Shown: piece by piece, positions 1 to 10,374 of the stretch
Position numbering within the stretch: the stretch's first letter is position 1
Layout: each line of letters opens with the position of its first letter
Origin: Ascoidea asiatica JCM 7603
Taxonomy: Eukaryota > Fungi > Ascomycota
Reading direction: 5' to 3'
DNA length: 64,000 bases
Assembly: GCA_001600695.1 (NCBI GenBank)
Contig: BCKQ01000006.1
Span: 136,315-200,314, forward strand
The notes under the pieces: generated by a model
The model's database searches: none
Seen by the model: the letters and a program-made list of their open reading frames with translations, nothing else
What the model was told of the DNA's origin: nothing
Program-made: the position numbers and the translations under genes

Positions 1-429
1 ATATGAGTTGATTGCTATAAAGATTATTATTAAATATACACTTAAAAAAGGCAATATGATAATAATGAGTATAGAATTTTCTTTTTGAATAAATATTAGA
101 TAAATTTTGAAAAGAAGAGAATAAGAAAGAAATCTCTTCCTTTTATATTGTTTAATTTTTGATTCTCATTATTATATTATTACTAGTTTTATTTTAAAAA
201 AAATTGCAAATTTGAATCATTCATGAAAATCAATAGTAAATCAGTTACTTTATTGATTTTCCAGTAGAAATCTTTGAAATTTGATATAATATTTCAAAAT
301 TGATGAGAAATATAAAATTCAAATCTCAATCTATCATATAAAATATCCTTTATCATTCAGATTTGAAATAAAATAACTGAAGTTGTCAATAATTGTTTGA
401 TTTTAGCAAACATTGTTTCTTTCTTCATT

Positions 430-1140
430 ATATTCCCAGAACCTTATAAACAAGAACAATAGAGACTTTAAATACGAAGCAAACTCCAGGCAAAGTTAGA
501 GCAATTGAACTTGAAAGTCTCTAAAGCTTTCTGCGTCGTAAAGCTTATCGTCCAGTTCTGAAATAAGAAGAGCTTAAGCAGAGTGAGTGGTGTTAATATA
601 TTAATGCTTTATCTCATATTGATTCTACAGTAATGTTTAATGTTTAATCGTTACAGTGAGTAAGATCTAAGTATGGCCACAAGGGAGACGAACATTTTAG
701 TGGAAACTATGTTGGTGAAGATTGAGGATTACTAACAGTATTTATAAATATAAAGAATTAAAGCTTGAAATTCTTCAGTAGTTTTGACAGCAGCTGATTA
801 GACACTTTCAGAATTAGCACTAGTAACAATTGTCTCATCTGATTTAATATAATGATTGGATTGAAGAAAAAGAAGCTCTATTTGAATGATTGAGAAACTG
901 CCAATTATTTGAATAATCAAAATATTTTCATTCAAACATCTTTCTGATAAATCTTTATCAACACCAAATACTTAGAAGGTGAATGAAAATACCAGTCAAA
1001 TATCAATAATTCTATCGGCGCTTATGCCAGTAGCTTATACATTTGCTGTATCAAGAGCATTTAGACATTTTCAATCCATATTAGAACAATTCTGTCTTTT
1101 CTTCAAACAAATTGCTTAAAAGTAGATTTACACAAATAAA
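430..1140 (+). mobile_element. Degenerate Ty1/copia-like reverse transcriptase relic (many stops and frameshifts)
   Basis: Hand translation gives, in copia-RT order: IPRT/YKQ (432-453), RAIELESL* (498-524), IDSTVMFNV*, HKGDE, TLSELALVTIVS (second frame), LND*ETANYLN..NIFIQ and CIKSI*. These resemble IPxTYxEA, AIxxELxSL, INSMFIFN, ARGD, TVHHYALMTSLS, DVxTAYLN..IYI and KSIYGL. No intact ORF and no LTR recognised. Confidence 0.42.
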
Positions 1141-1533
1141 GATTTAGTTTTGAAAGTAACTGAAAAAAAGTACTTTATATACTGTATATATTACATTATT
1201 TAGTCAATTGAATCCTTGAATTTCAAAAAAAAAAAAAAATTTATCAAGCTCAGCAAACTTTCATATCTTTAGACAATTTAGGAACTAAAATCTCAAAAGA
1301 CAACCCATAAATTTGTAATTTAAGTTTTAGTAACAGAAGTATTATATTTTGAAGTAAAAAAGATGTAGGCACTTAAACCACTAACCAATAATCAACTCTT
1401 TTATCAAGGGATTTTATCTCAATTTTGATGTAAGCTTTAATTTTGAATCATAAGAGAGTAATTATGAGCAAACTAATTCTCAATGTTCTATTTATTCTAT
1501 TATTGTATCTCTTTTAAATAATAATACGCTCCT

Positions 1534-4500
1534 TTAGGTAAATGATATAAAACCCATTAAATCTACAGTTTCATCTTCGAATAAAGAACATTTGAAATAA
1601 ATTCCTTCATCTTTTTCAAAATTACTTCTATTTCCAATAAATTTACAATTCTTACAATAATAAAAATTATCAAATTCAATTTCATAGTATACTTTTTTAT
1701 CTGATTCATCAGTTTTGGCTTTAATTATTGGACTCAATTTTATTATTTCAATTCCACTTATATTCGATTCTAAGATAATATTTTGACCTTTAGCAGTAGC
1801 CTGAGAACATTTACCAAGTGTATAAAAATACTTGAAAGAAGATAAATTAGTTTTAATATTATGAATGATTAAATAATCTTCATATAATCTTAGATATTCA
1901 GATTTATTTAACGATATTACTTGTAATAATTTTGTTTTATCCTTATTTTCACTTCGTAATACATTCTCAAACTTATATAACGTCATATATTTTTTAACTG
2001 AAGGATGTAATGAGATATTTAACTTTAGTACTTGAGTAAAAGTTGCAGAATATAACTTATTTTGATAAGTAATAATATCAATTTTATCTGTCAAAAATAT
2101 TTTTGGAGCAAACTTTACATCATTTTTATTTAAAACTTCTTCAAATAATTTATCTTTAAATTCTTTGTCATATACAGTTATCTTGAATTCCTTATTTTCT
2201 TCACTTGATTCACTACTAATTGTATTTGATTTTGAAATTATACTGAAAAACTCATTTCCATAACTTCTAAAATAAATTACATCTTTATGAAACAATATTT
2301 TTTCATTATAAATTCCATTTATTGTATCAGAAAGCTTATTTTGAATTAGTTTCCCACTTTCTGTTAATAATATCATTTTATCATTTGTTTTATCAATCAC
2401 AATCTTTTTAACTTTAACATTAACCAAGTCTTTAATAACTTTGACAGATTTTGTACCGCCTTTGACTTTATTCAATTTAATTATTGTGAACATATCATTA
2501 ACTATTATTAAATAATTTTCTTCATTCAATATTAATTCTTGACAATATTTAGGATTACCAAATGAAAATTTATTTTTAAAATCTTGAGAATTTAAACCAT
2601 TTAATAATCTTAAATTTTCTTGCATGTCATCATAAGTAAATGATGAAAATTTTTTATCTTTATCATTTTCATTATAAAATAATAATTTTCTTTCAAATTT
2701 TTTAAACATAGAATTAAAAAATTCAATTTTAAATTCTTTCATAATTAATTTAATATTTCGAATAATTATCTTTCTTAAAATATAATTCCAATTTTCTTTT
2801 TCAATTTCATTTTTAAAAATAAAACTTTGTTGAAAATTTTTATTATTCAATTGAAGTAAATTTAATAAATATTGATTAGATGATATAGTCTCAGTTGTTG
2901 TTTTACTTTTTCCTCTAAAACTTCCAATAGTTCCTTTTAAACTAAGTCTTTTACTAACAGTTGATTGAAAATTAGTTTTTTCAGTAAATTTAAATGTAAG
3001 AGAATAATTTGTTATATAACCAAGAATTTTTAATTTATTTGTAATAAAATTGATATTTGTTGCAATAACAAATTTATTAAACGCAATCAAATAAACATCA
3101 TTGAAATTTCTTTCCATAATTCCACTACTAAAATTTTTTTCAACAATATTTTCATATTCTAATAATATTGGATCATTTTTATTATCTTTTGAAATGATTT
3201 TCGAATTAAGATAACAACTTAAAAAATTTGAAAAAAATTCATAATTTGAATTTAAATTTGAATCTTGTTTAAAAATTTTTAATTCTAAATTATTTATAAA
3301 AATTTTAGCTTTACTTATTTCAAATAATTTTTTCATTTTTGAACAAATATCAATAATTTTATCTGAATATTCAATAATTTCAAATTCATCAGGTATACCT
3401 TTAATAAATCCTTTTAAATTTTTAATTTGAGATTTATAAAAATCAAATTCTTCAATAACATCAGTACCAAAAATTTTTTTTTTTAAATCAAATTTTTTTA
3501 AATTATTATTTCTTAAAAAAATTTTTATATCATTAATTTTATTATTATAATTTGAAGCAGAAATTGAAGAATTTTTATTTTCAATTTTTTCATTAAATTT
3601 ATTAATCCAATTTATTAAAGCTGATTGATTTTTTTTTTTTTTAGATTCTAATGTATAAATAAAAATTAATTCATTATATTTATCAATAATTTTTTCATAA
3701 TCTTTTTGAGAATTTTTAAAAAAAAGATATAAAATTTTAATAAAATCTAATGGATTAATCATATGCATTTGTTCAATAATTAATTTAAGAAAATTTTTTA
3801 ATAATTTATTTTTATGAATTAAAGTTATAATTCTTTTTGGATTAAAAATTTTTGAAATTAAATTTAATTTTAAAGATTTTAATTCTTTTGTTGATTGAGG
3901 AAATTCTAATTCAAAAAAATTTAAAATTTCATTAATAAAAATTTCCCAAGTTAAAATAAATAATTCTTCAAATTTTATACATTTATAAATTAAATTTTGA
4001 ATTAAAATTGATTGATTTGTTAAATGAGATAATAAAAAATTTGAATTAAAATTCCAATTTTCAATCCAATTTAATTTTAATTTAATTTTTGATTTATATC
4101 TTAAATTTTGAAAATTTAAAAATTCTAAATTTGTTCTTTTAAATTCATTATTATTAATTTTTTCATTTAAATCAATAATTTGATTTAATTCAATATTAAA
4201 AGTATTTAATAAATTTTTAATTTTAAAAATTAATTGTAATTCATTATCAAAATTAGAATTTGCTTTATTTCTATAAATTATTAATTGATTAAAATCTAAA
4301 AGGTAATTACTTATATGATTTGTTGAATAATTTAAAAAAATTTTATTAATATCAATAAAATTTGATAAATTTAAATTTATAAAATTTTTCCATTCAAAGA
4401 AAAAATTTATTGGTGAAGATTGTGGTAATTGAAATTTAAATTTTTTTTTATAATTAAAAGATAATTTTAATTCATTAAAATTATTTAAATTATTAAAATT

Positions 4501-6201
4501 AAAAAAAATTTTTGAAAAATTATTATTATTATTAATATTGTTATTTAATTTTGAAAAATCAGAAATAATTTTTGATAAATAATTTAAGAAAATTAAATAA
4601 GAATTTGAAGTTTTTTTAATTAAATTTTCAAAATAATTTGAAATTTTAGTTAAATTAAAATATTGATCATTTTTATAAAATTTAAATAAAATTTTATTAA
4701 AATTTTCTTCATGAATAATTATAATTGAATTTAAAATTTTAAAAAAATCAAAATAAATTTTTGATTCATTATTACCAATTAATTTAATTTTTTTAATTTC
4801 TTCAGTATCTTCATTATCTTCATTATTTTCATTATTTTCTATATTATTATTATAATAATAAAATTTAAAATTTTTAAATAAATTAATTGTAAAAAATTTT
4901 AAAATTTTAATATATTTTTCTTCTCTTTTTATAAGATCATAAATTAAAAATTGTTCTTTATAAATTAAATCTTGATCAATAGAAATAATATTTAAATTTA
5001 TAAATTTATTCCAATGTTCAGACCAATTTTTATTAATTTTAATATTTAATAATAAATTTGGAATTAAATTTTTATAAAATAATTTTGAATTTGAATAATT
5101 TAAAATAATGAGATTAATTTGATTATTAAAATTTTCAATTAATTTATTAAAATTATAATTATAATGATTAAAATTATTATTATTATTATTTAAAATTTTA
5201 AATAATTTTAAATAATTATAAAATTTATTAATTAATAAATCAAATAAAAAATCTTCAAAATTATTAATATTTAAATTTAAATTATTAAATTTAATATTTA
5301 TATTATTTAAATAAATAAATAAATTTGAAATTGAGAAAAAATTAAATTCAAAAATGAATCTATAAGCAGATAAAATTTTAAAATAATTTAATATTAAAAT
5401 TTCATTAAAATTTAACCAATTTAAATAATTATTAAAAATATTTATATCATTGTTTGTATTATTATTTATATAATTATTTAAAGGATTAAGAATAAAAATT
5501 TTAAAATTATTAAAGATTTTAATTAATGGATTTAAAATATCATTTATAATATTATAATTTATTAAATTATTTTCATCAATTAATAATATTGGATTAATAA
5601 TATTATTATTAAAATCATTAATTAAAATATTAATAATATTTAAAGAATTATTATAAAAATTTAAATCATTTTCATAAATTAATTTAATTATTATATTTAA
5701 ATTATTATTATTATAATTATTATTATTATTATTAATTATGATATTTTTTATAGATTTAATGAAATTATTATCTATTGAATATGAATATGAATATGAATAT
5801 AAATTAAGATTTGAATCAATTGAATTATTTGAGATTGAAGAAATTGAAGAATAATTTGTAATTATTGAATTTTTAGATATTATTGAATTATGATTTGAAA
5901 TTATTGAATTATTAATTTTATTTAATGGATTTATTGAATCATTGATTGAATCAATATCATTGATATGATTATTATTATTATTATTATTATTATTGGATTC
6001 ATTATCATCAATTTTTTTAATATCAATTATTGGCGGTTTTCTTCTTAAATTTTTTGAATTAATTTTTGAATTAATTTTTGAATTAATTTTTGATAATTTT
6101 ATAATTGGAGAATTTGGAGAAGTTGGAGAATTTGAATATTCATTATTTGAAGAATTTAAAGATAAATTTTTAATGGCGGTTAAATTTAAAGGTTCAATCA
6201 T
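1534..6201 (-). CDS. Divergent Tus1/Rom-family Rho GEF (two DH-like units, PH-like region, C-terminal CNH-like region)
   Basis: 1555-aa ORF. WSEHW..EQFLIYDLIKREEKYI and WIENW..IQNLIYKCIKFEELFI both resemble the Tus1 DH start (WTEYW..RQSFIFDLI..E). VYLIAFNKFVIAT is PH-like. EYLRLYEDYLII and GIEII are CNH-like. Confidence 0.6.
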   Translation of the reverse strand: MIEPLNLTAIKNLSLNSSNNEYSNSPTSPNSPIIKLSKINSKINSKINSKNLRRKPPIIDIKKIDDNESNNNNNNNNNHINDIDSINDSINPLNKINNSIISNHNSIISKNSIITNYSSISSISNNSIDSNLNLYSYSYSYSIDNNFIKSIKNIIINNNNNNYNNNNLNIIIKLIYENDLNFYNNSLNIINILINDFNNNIINPILLIDENNLINYNIINDILNPLIKIFNNFKIFILNPLNNYINNNTNNDINIFNNYLNWLNFNEILILNYFKILSAYRFIFEFNFFSISNLFIYLNNINIKFNNLNLNINNFEDFLFDLLINKFYNYLKLFKILNNNNNNFNHYNYNFNKLIENFNNQINLIILNYSNSKLFYKNLIPNLLLNIKINKNWSEHWNKFINLNIISIDQDLIYKEQFLIYDLIKREEKYIKILKFFTINLFKNFKFYYYNNNIENNENNEDNEDTEEIKKIKLIGNNESKIYFDFFKILNSIIIIHEENFNKILFKFYKNDQYFNLTKISNYFENLIKKTSNSYLIFLNYLSKIISDFSKLNNNINNNNNFSKIFFNFNNLNNFNELKLSFNYKKKFKFQLPQSSPINFFFEWKNFINLNLSNFIDINKIFLNYSTNHISNYLLDFNQLIIYRNKANSNFDNELQLIFKIKNLLNTFNIELNQIIDLNEKINNNEFKRTNLEFLNFQNLRYKSKIKLKLNWIENWNFNSNFLLSHLTNQSILIQNLIYKCIKFEELFILTWEIFINEILNFFELEFPQSTKELKSLKLNLISKIFNPKRIITLIHKNKLLKNFLKLIIEQMHMINPLDFIKILYLFFKNSQKDYEKIIDKYNELIFIYTLESKKKKNQSALINWINKFNEKIENKNSSISASNYNNKINDIKIFLRNNNLKKFDLKKKIFGTDVIEEFDFYKSQIKNLKGFIKGIPDEFEIIEYSDKIIDICSKMKKLFEISKAKIFINNLELKIFKQDSNLNSNYEFFSNFLSCYLNSKIISKDNKNDPILLEYENIVEKNFSSGIMERNFNDVYLIAFNKFVIATNINFITNKLKILGYITNYSLTFKFTEKTNFQSTVSKRLSLKGTIGSFRGKSKTTTETISSNQYLLNLLQLNNKNFQQSFIFKNEIEKENWNYILRKIIIRNIKLIMKEFKIEFFNSMFKKFERKLLFYNENDKDKKFSSFTYDDMQENLRLLNGLNSQDFKNKFSFGNPKYCQELILNEENYLIIVNDMFTIIKLNKVKGGTKSVKVIKDLVNVKVKKIVIDKTNDKMILLTESGKLIQNKLSDTINGIYNEKILFHKDVIYFRSYGNEFFSIISKSNTISSESSEENKEFKITVYDKEFKDKLFEEVLNKNDVKFAPKIFLTDKIDIITYQNKLYSATFTQVLKLNISLHPSVKKYMTLYKFENVLRSENKDKTKLLQVISLNKSEYLRLYEDYLIIHNIKTNLSSFKYFYTLGKCSQATAKGQNIILESNISGIEIIKLSPIIKAKTDESDKKVYYEIEFDNFYYCKNCKFIGNRSNFEKDEGIYFKCSLFEDETVDLMGFISFT

Positions 6202-6529
6202 TTTTCTAGCTATTTGAATTGATTAATTTACAAGATTTTAAATAAGCTATATTATTTATTTATATGATTTATTGATTACATGAGAATAGAATATTCATTA
6301 TTAATATATTTGATTTATTATTGATTGATTATTGATTGATTGAATGAATGATTGATTAAATATTGATTAAATATTGATTAAGAGATCAAAGATGGAAATA
6401 AATACAATAAAGAAACAATCAACAGTATATTACAGAGTAATAACAGAGTAATAACAGAGTAATAACAGTTAAAAGAGAGATTAAGACCCTTTTGATATGA
6501 GAAGATTACCGGAATCAGTTTAGAATCAG

Positions 6530-6790
6530 ACTCAAAACAGGCCTGCGCTGCGGTTCACAAGAACATTTCCAGGCAAGTTGCAAGTTGAGAGAGGAAAGAA
6601 GAGAGAAGAGGAAAGAAGAGAGAGAGAGAGAGGAAAGAAGTAGAGAAGACAGACTGAGGGAGAGGGAGAGAACAGGACAAGGACAAGGACAGGACAAGGA
6701 CAGGACAATTAGCCACGCTGGGAATGCACAGCCACGAGTTGCACATCCATGCACCATGTCACGTGAACGTCTAAACACGTGACACGTTCA
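6530..6790. promoter_or_regulatory. GC-rich promoter island with GA tract, GGACA(A) repeats and paired Cbf1-type CACGTG boxes
   Basis: Purine-rich tract ~6587-6710; GTCACGTGA (core 6760-6765) and CACGTGAC (core 6776-6781); lies upstream of the minus-strand RhoGEF gene. Confidence 0.55.
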
Positions 6791-7008
6791 AATATCAAAA
6801 AGTAAACAATAACAAAGAACAAAGAACAAGAAATAAACAAATAAACAAATAAACAAATAAACAAATAAAGGTATCTCGAATAAAGGAAGAAGAAGAAGAA
6901 GAAGAAGAATATATTAGATTAGATTATATAATGATAAGAATATAAATAAGATGTGAATATGGAGCAGAAGAAGAAGAAGAAGAAGAAGAAGAAAAAGAAG
7001 AATCTCTT

Positions 7009-8775
7009 TTATATATTTATCAGAATACCGCCAATTGTCTTAACTTCATTCCCATTTTTACATTCATAAGTATCATAACTTCCATAATTATAATTATAAT
7101 TATAATTATAATTACTACTCAATTCATTATCATATTCATTATCATATTCATTATCATATTCATTATCATATTCATTACCTTCATTATTACCAAATTCAAT
7201 TTTATTTAATTCATCTTTACTTAATTTTAAATTCAATTTCAATTTCTTTAAATTAAATTTATTCCATGATAAATTTATAAATTTAAATTTAAATTTATTA
7301 AATATTATTAATAAATTTATATCAAAATTTAAATTATTTAATAAATTACCTGAAAAATTTATACTCTCAATTTTTAAATCATTTATTAAATTAATTTCAT
7401 TAATTTTATTAATTTTATTAAATGATAAATCTAAAAATTTTAAATTTTTAAATATTTTAAAATTTTTAAAATTAATAAATTTTATAAAATTATTATTTAA
7501 CTTTAATTTCTTTAAATTATTTTCATAATTATAACAATATTCATTAAAATTATCATCAAAATTATCATTATCATCATCATCATCACTTATTATTTCATTG
7601 ATTTCATTTCCATTTAAATTTAATTCAATTAATTTTTTTAAATTAAAATTTTTAAAAATTTTATATATATTTAAAAATTTAATTTTATTATTTGATAAAT
7701 TTAAATATCTTATTTCTTTTAATTTAATTAAATATTTTATTAATTTATTAAAATCTTTAATTAAATTATTTGATAAATTTAAAAATTTTAAATTTTTATT
7801 TAATTTTAATAAAAATTTTGGAATTTTTTTAAATTTATTATTTGATAAATTTAAATAATTTAATTTTTTTAAATTTTTAAATATATTAATATTATTTTCT
7901 TCATCAATTTCATTTAAATAATTATTTGATAAATTTAATTTATTTAAATTTTTTAAATTTTTAAAATAATCTTTATAAATATAATTTATTAAATTATTAC
8001 TTAAATTTAATTCAATTAAATTTTTATTTAAATTTATATTAAATTCATTTATTTTTAAAAATTTAATTAAATTTTTACTTAAATTTAAATATTTTAATTT
8101 TTTAAAATTTGATAAAATTTTTAAATTTTTATTTTTTAAATTATTATTTGATAAATTTAAAAAAATTAAATTATTAAAAAAATTATTTAATTTTGGAATT
8201 TTAATTAAATTATTATTTGATAAATTTAATAAATTTATATTATTATTATAATTTTCATTAAATATAAAATTGAAATTAATTGGTGAATTTAAATAAAATT
8301 TATTTATTAAATTAATATTTAATGATCTTAAATTAAAATAATTTAAATTTAAATCTATATTTAAATTATTATTTATATTATTATATAAATTTAAATCATT
8401 TAAATTATTAAAATTTTTAAAAATTTTATTGAAATTAAATTCATCATTTAAATAATATAAATTTAATCTTTTTGTTAAATTAAATAATCCAATTTTTTTA
8501 AAATTATTTAATTTTTCTAAATCTTTAAAATTTATTGAAAATATCTTTAATTTTTTCTTTAATTTTTTTAATTTTTTTAATTTATTTTTATTATTTGAAA
8601 TTTGAAAAATTAATTTATCTTCAATTAAATTAATTTCTTTAAATATTTTCATAAAACATTTTAAACTTATATTAAAATTTGATGATAATGATAATAATAA
8701 TAATTTTTCAATTGATAAATCTTTTAAAATTAAATTTATTATATGAGGTGGAATTAAATCATAAATTGTATTCAT
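7009..8775 (-). CDS. F-box / leucine-rich-repeat protein
   Basis: N-terminal IYDLIPPHIINLILKDLSIEKLL fits the F-box consensus; more than 10 LxxLxLSxNx(L/I) repeats follow. Confidence 0.75.
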   Translation of the reverse strand: MNTIYDLIPPHIINLILKDLSIEKLLLLSLSSNFNISLKCFMKIFKEINLIEDKLIFQISNNKNKLKKLKKLKKKLKIFSINFKDLEKLNNFKKIGLFNLTKRLNLYYLNDEFNFNKIFKNFNNLNDLNLYNNINNNLNIDLNLNYFNLRSLNINLINKFYLNSPINFNFIFNENYNNNINLLNLSNNNLIKIPKLNNFFNNLIFLNLSNNNLKNKNLKILSNFKKLKYLNLSKNLIKFLKINEFNINLNKNLIELNLSNNLINYIYKDYFKNLKNLNKLNLSNNYLNEIDEENNINIFKNLKKLNYLNLSNNKFKKIPKFLLKLNKNLKFLNLSNNLIKDFNKLIKYLIKLKEIRYLNLSNNKIKFLNIYKIFKNFNLKKLIELNLNGNEINEIISDDDDDNDNFDDNFNEYCYNYENNLKKLKLNNNFIKFINFKNFKIFKNLKFLDLSFNKINKINEINLINDLKIESINFSGNLLNNLNFDINLLIIFNKFKFKFINLSWNKFNLKKLKLNLKLSKDELNKIEFGNNEGNEYDNEYDNEYDNEYDNELSSNYNYNYNYNYGSYDTYECKNGNEVKTIGGILINI

Positions 8776-10374
8776 TTTAAATCAAAAAAAACTAGGATAT
8801 AGATTATAAATTTATAAAATAAGTATATATTTCTGATTTATTTTAAAGAGAATTATTATATATTTATATTAAATGAATTAAAAAATACTTTTTATTAAAA
8901 TGGAGATAAATTTTGAAATCAATTTGTTCAAATATATTATTTCATATATCATATTATAACTCGATTTTTTAAATTGAAAAATATTAGAAAATGTGGGGAG
9001 ATTTTTGAAACAAAGAAAAGATTTCAAGTACAATGTTAATTTTTTTTACTCGTACTCATGAATACTAATATGATTAAAAAGAATAAGCATAAATTATTCA
9101 AATTCTTTATCATTTCCTTTATCATTTAATTGTTATCTCAAATTGAAAAACAATCAAATTACCAAAATTTCGAAATCTGGGGAAAATTATGCAGCTAAGA
9201 TTAAGTTTGCCTCTGGAACTGCAAAAAAAAACCGAATCTCGGTGTTCCACGCAGACTTCCGGCCGGGTCCGTCCCTAAACACACCCGGAATTGACACTAA
9301 ATACATTATTGTACTTTGTACCGCGTTCTTTTTCATCTGGCCCACAGTTGATTGTTACTCCAAATATCGGGTCACTTCTGTTAGCCAATAAAAGACAACA
9401 ACAAAATCTCCGGATATTTTCTTGTCCTAAATTCCTAGACATAATTTCTTTGCCCTTACGACTTCCATCCCTTTTAGGCTTGATTTTATGTGGGTGACAT
9501 ATAATATTGCAAATTACTCATAAAATAAATGGAATTCAATTTGAAGATTTATTTCTTTAAAAGAATATTTTTTTAAATTCTGGATAATAAAATAATGATA
9601 AAAAATTGCCGGTAAAAATTGGTTTATCTTTTATCAATTGTTACTGTTTGCAAAACTGCGGTGACTTATTCAAATTAAGAGGATGTTGACTCAGAGTCGA
9701 GTCAAAGTTAAACAAATCCAGAAAAGTGGTCTCTGGAAAAGTTTAAGCACTACCGGTTTCCTGGACTCAGCCTTAAAATGAAAATGAAAATGAAAAAGCC
9801 TCGCTCGTAAAAGGTGAAGATGCTTGACAAGCCTCGTAGTGAATTTAAATTTAATTGCAGGAACTTTTCTTCCCTGATAAAAGAGATAAAAAAAGACAAT
9901 GTAAAGGAGAAAGAAAGATAAGCTGAAATTGAAAGATTTAAGATATGTTCAACCTTCTTTTTATTGATTTTGTTTTTTATTCAAGGAATAGCCTCACTTG
10001 AAATACTTTTTATTGGCTTTTTAGTATTGTCCAAATATATGTCTATTGAATATTCCTTTTCTTCGGTATCTTCTCCAAATATAGCCACTTTTTTTTGAAA
10101 CTAATATTGGAGTAATACCTAATTAAAATCTAATAACAGTTACTAAATTTAAAATTCCAATCAAAAGTTTTTTGAAAATTAATCCCTATTCTTGATTGAT
10201 AGAAAAAACATATCTGTTCTTTCAATATATATATATATATATATATGAGTAAATGTTCATATTCACTTCAATTACAATAATTGTATCAATAACTATTTAA
10301 AATCTAAGTTTATCTTTAAAACTTAAGATTATATAAAATATAAAATATTAAATATAAAATATTAAATATAAAAT

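Noticed and set aside
6515-6782. Overlapping 63-87 aa ORFs on both strands (likewise 55967-56413)
   Set aside because: By-products of stop-poor GA/CT tracts in GC-rich promoter islands; composition unlike real genes here.
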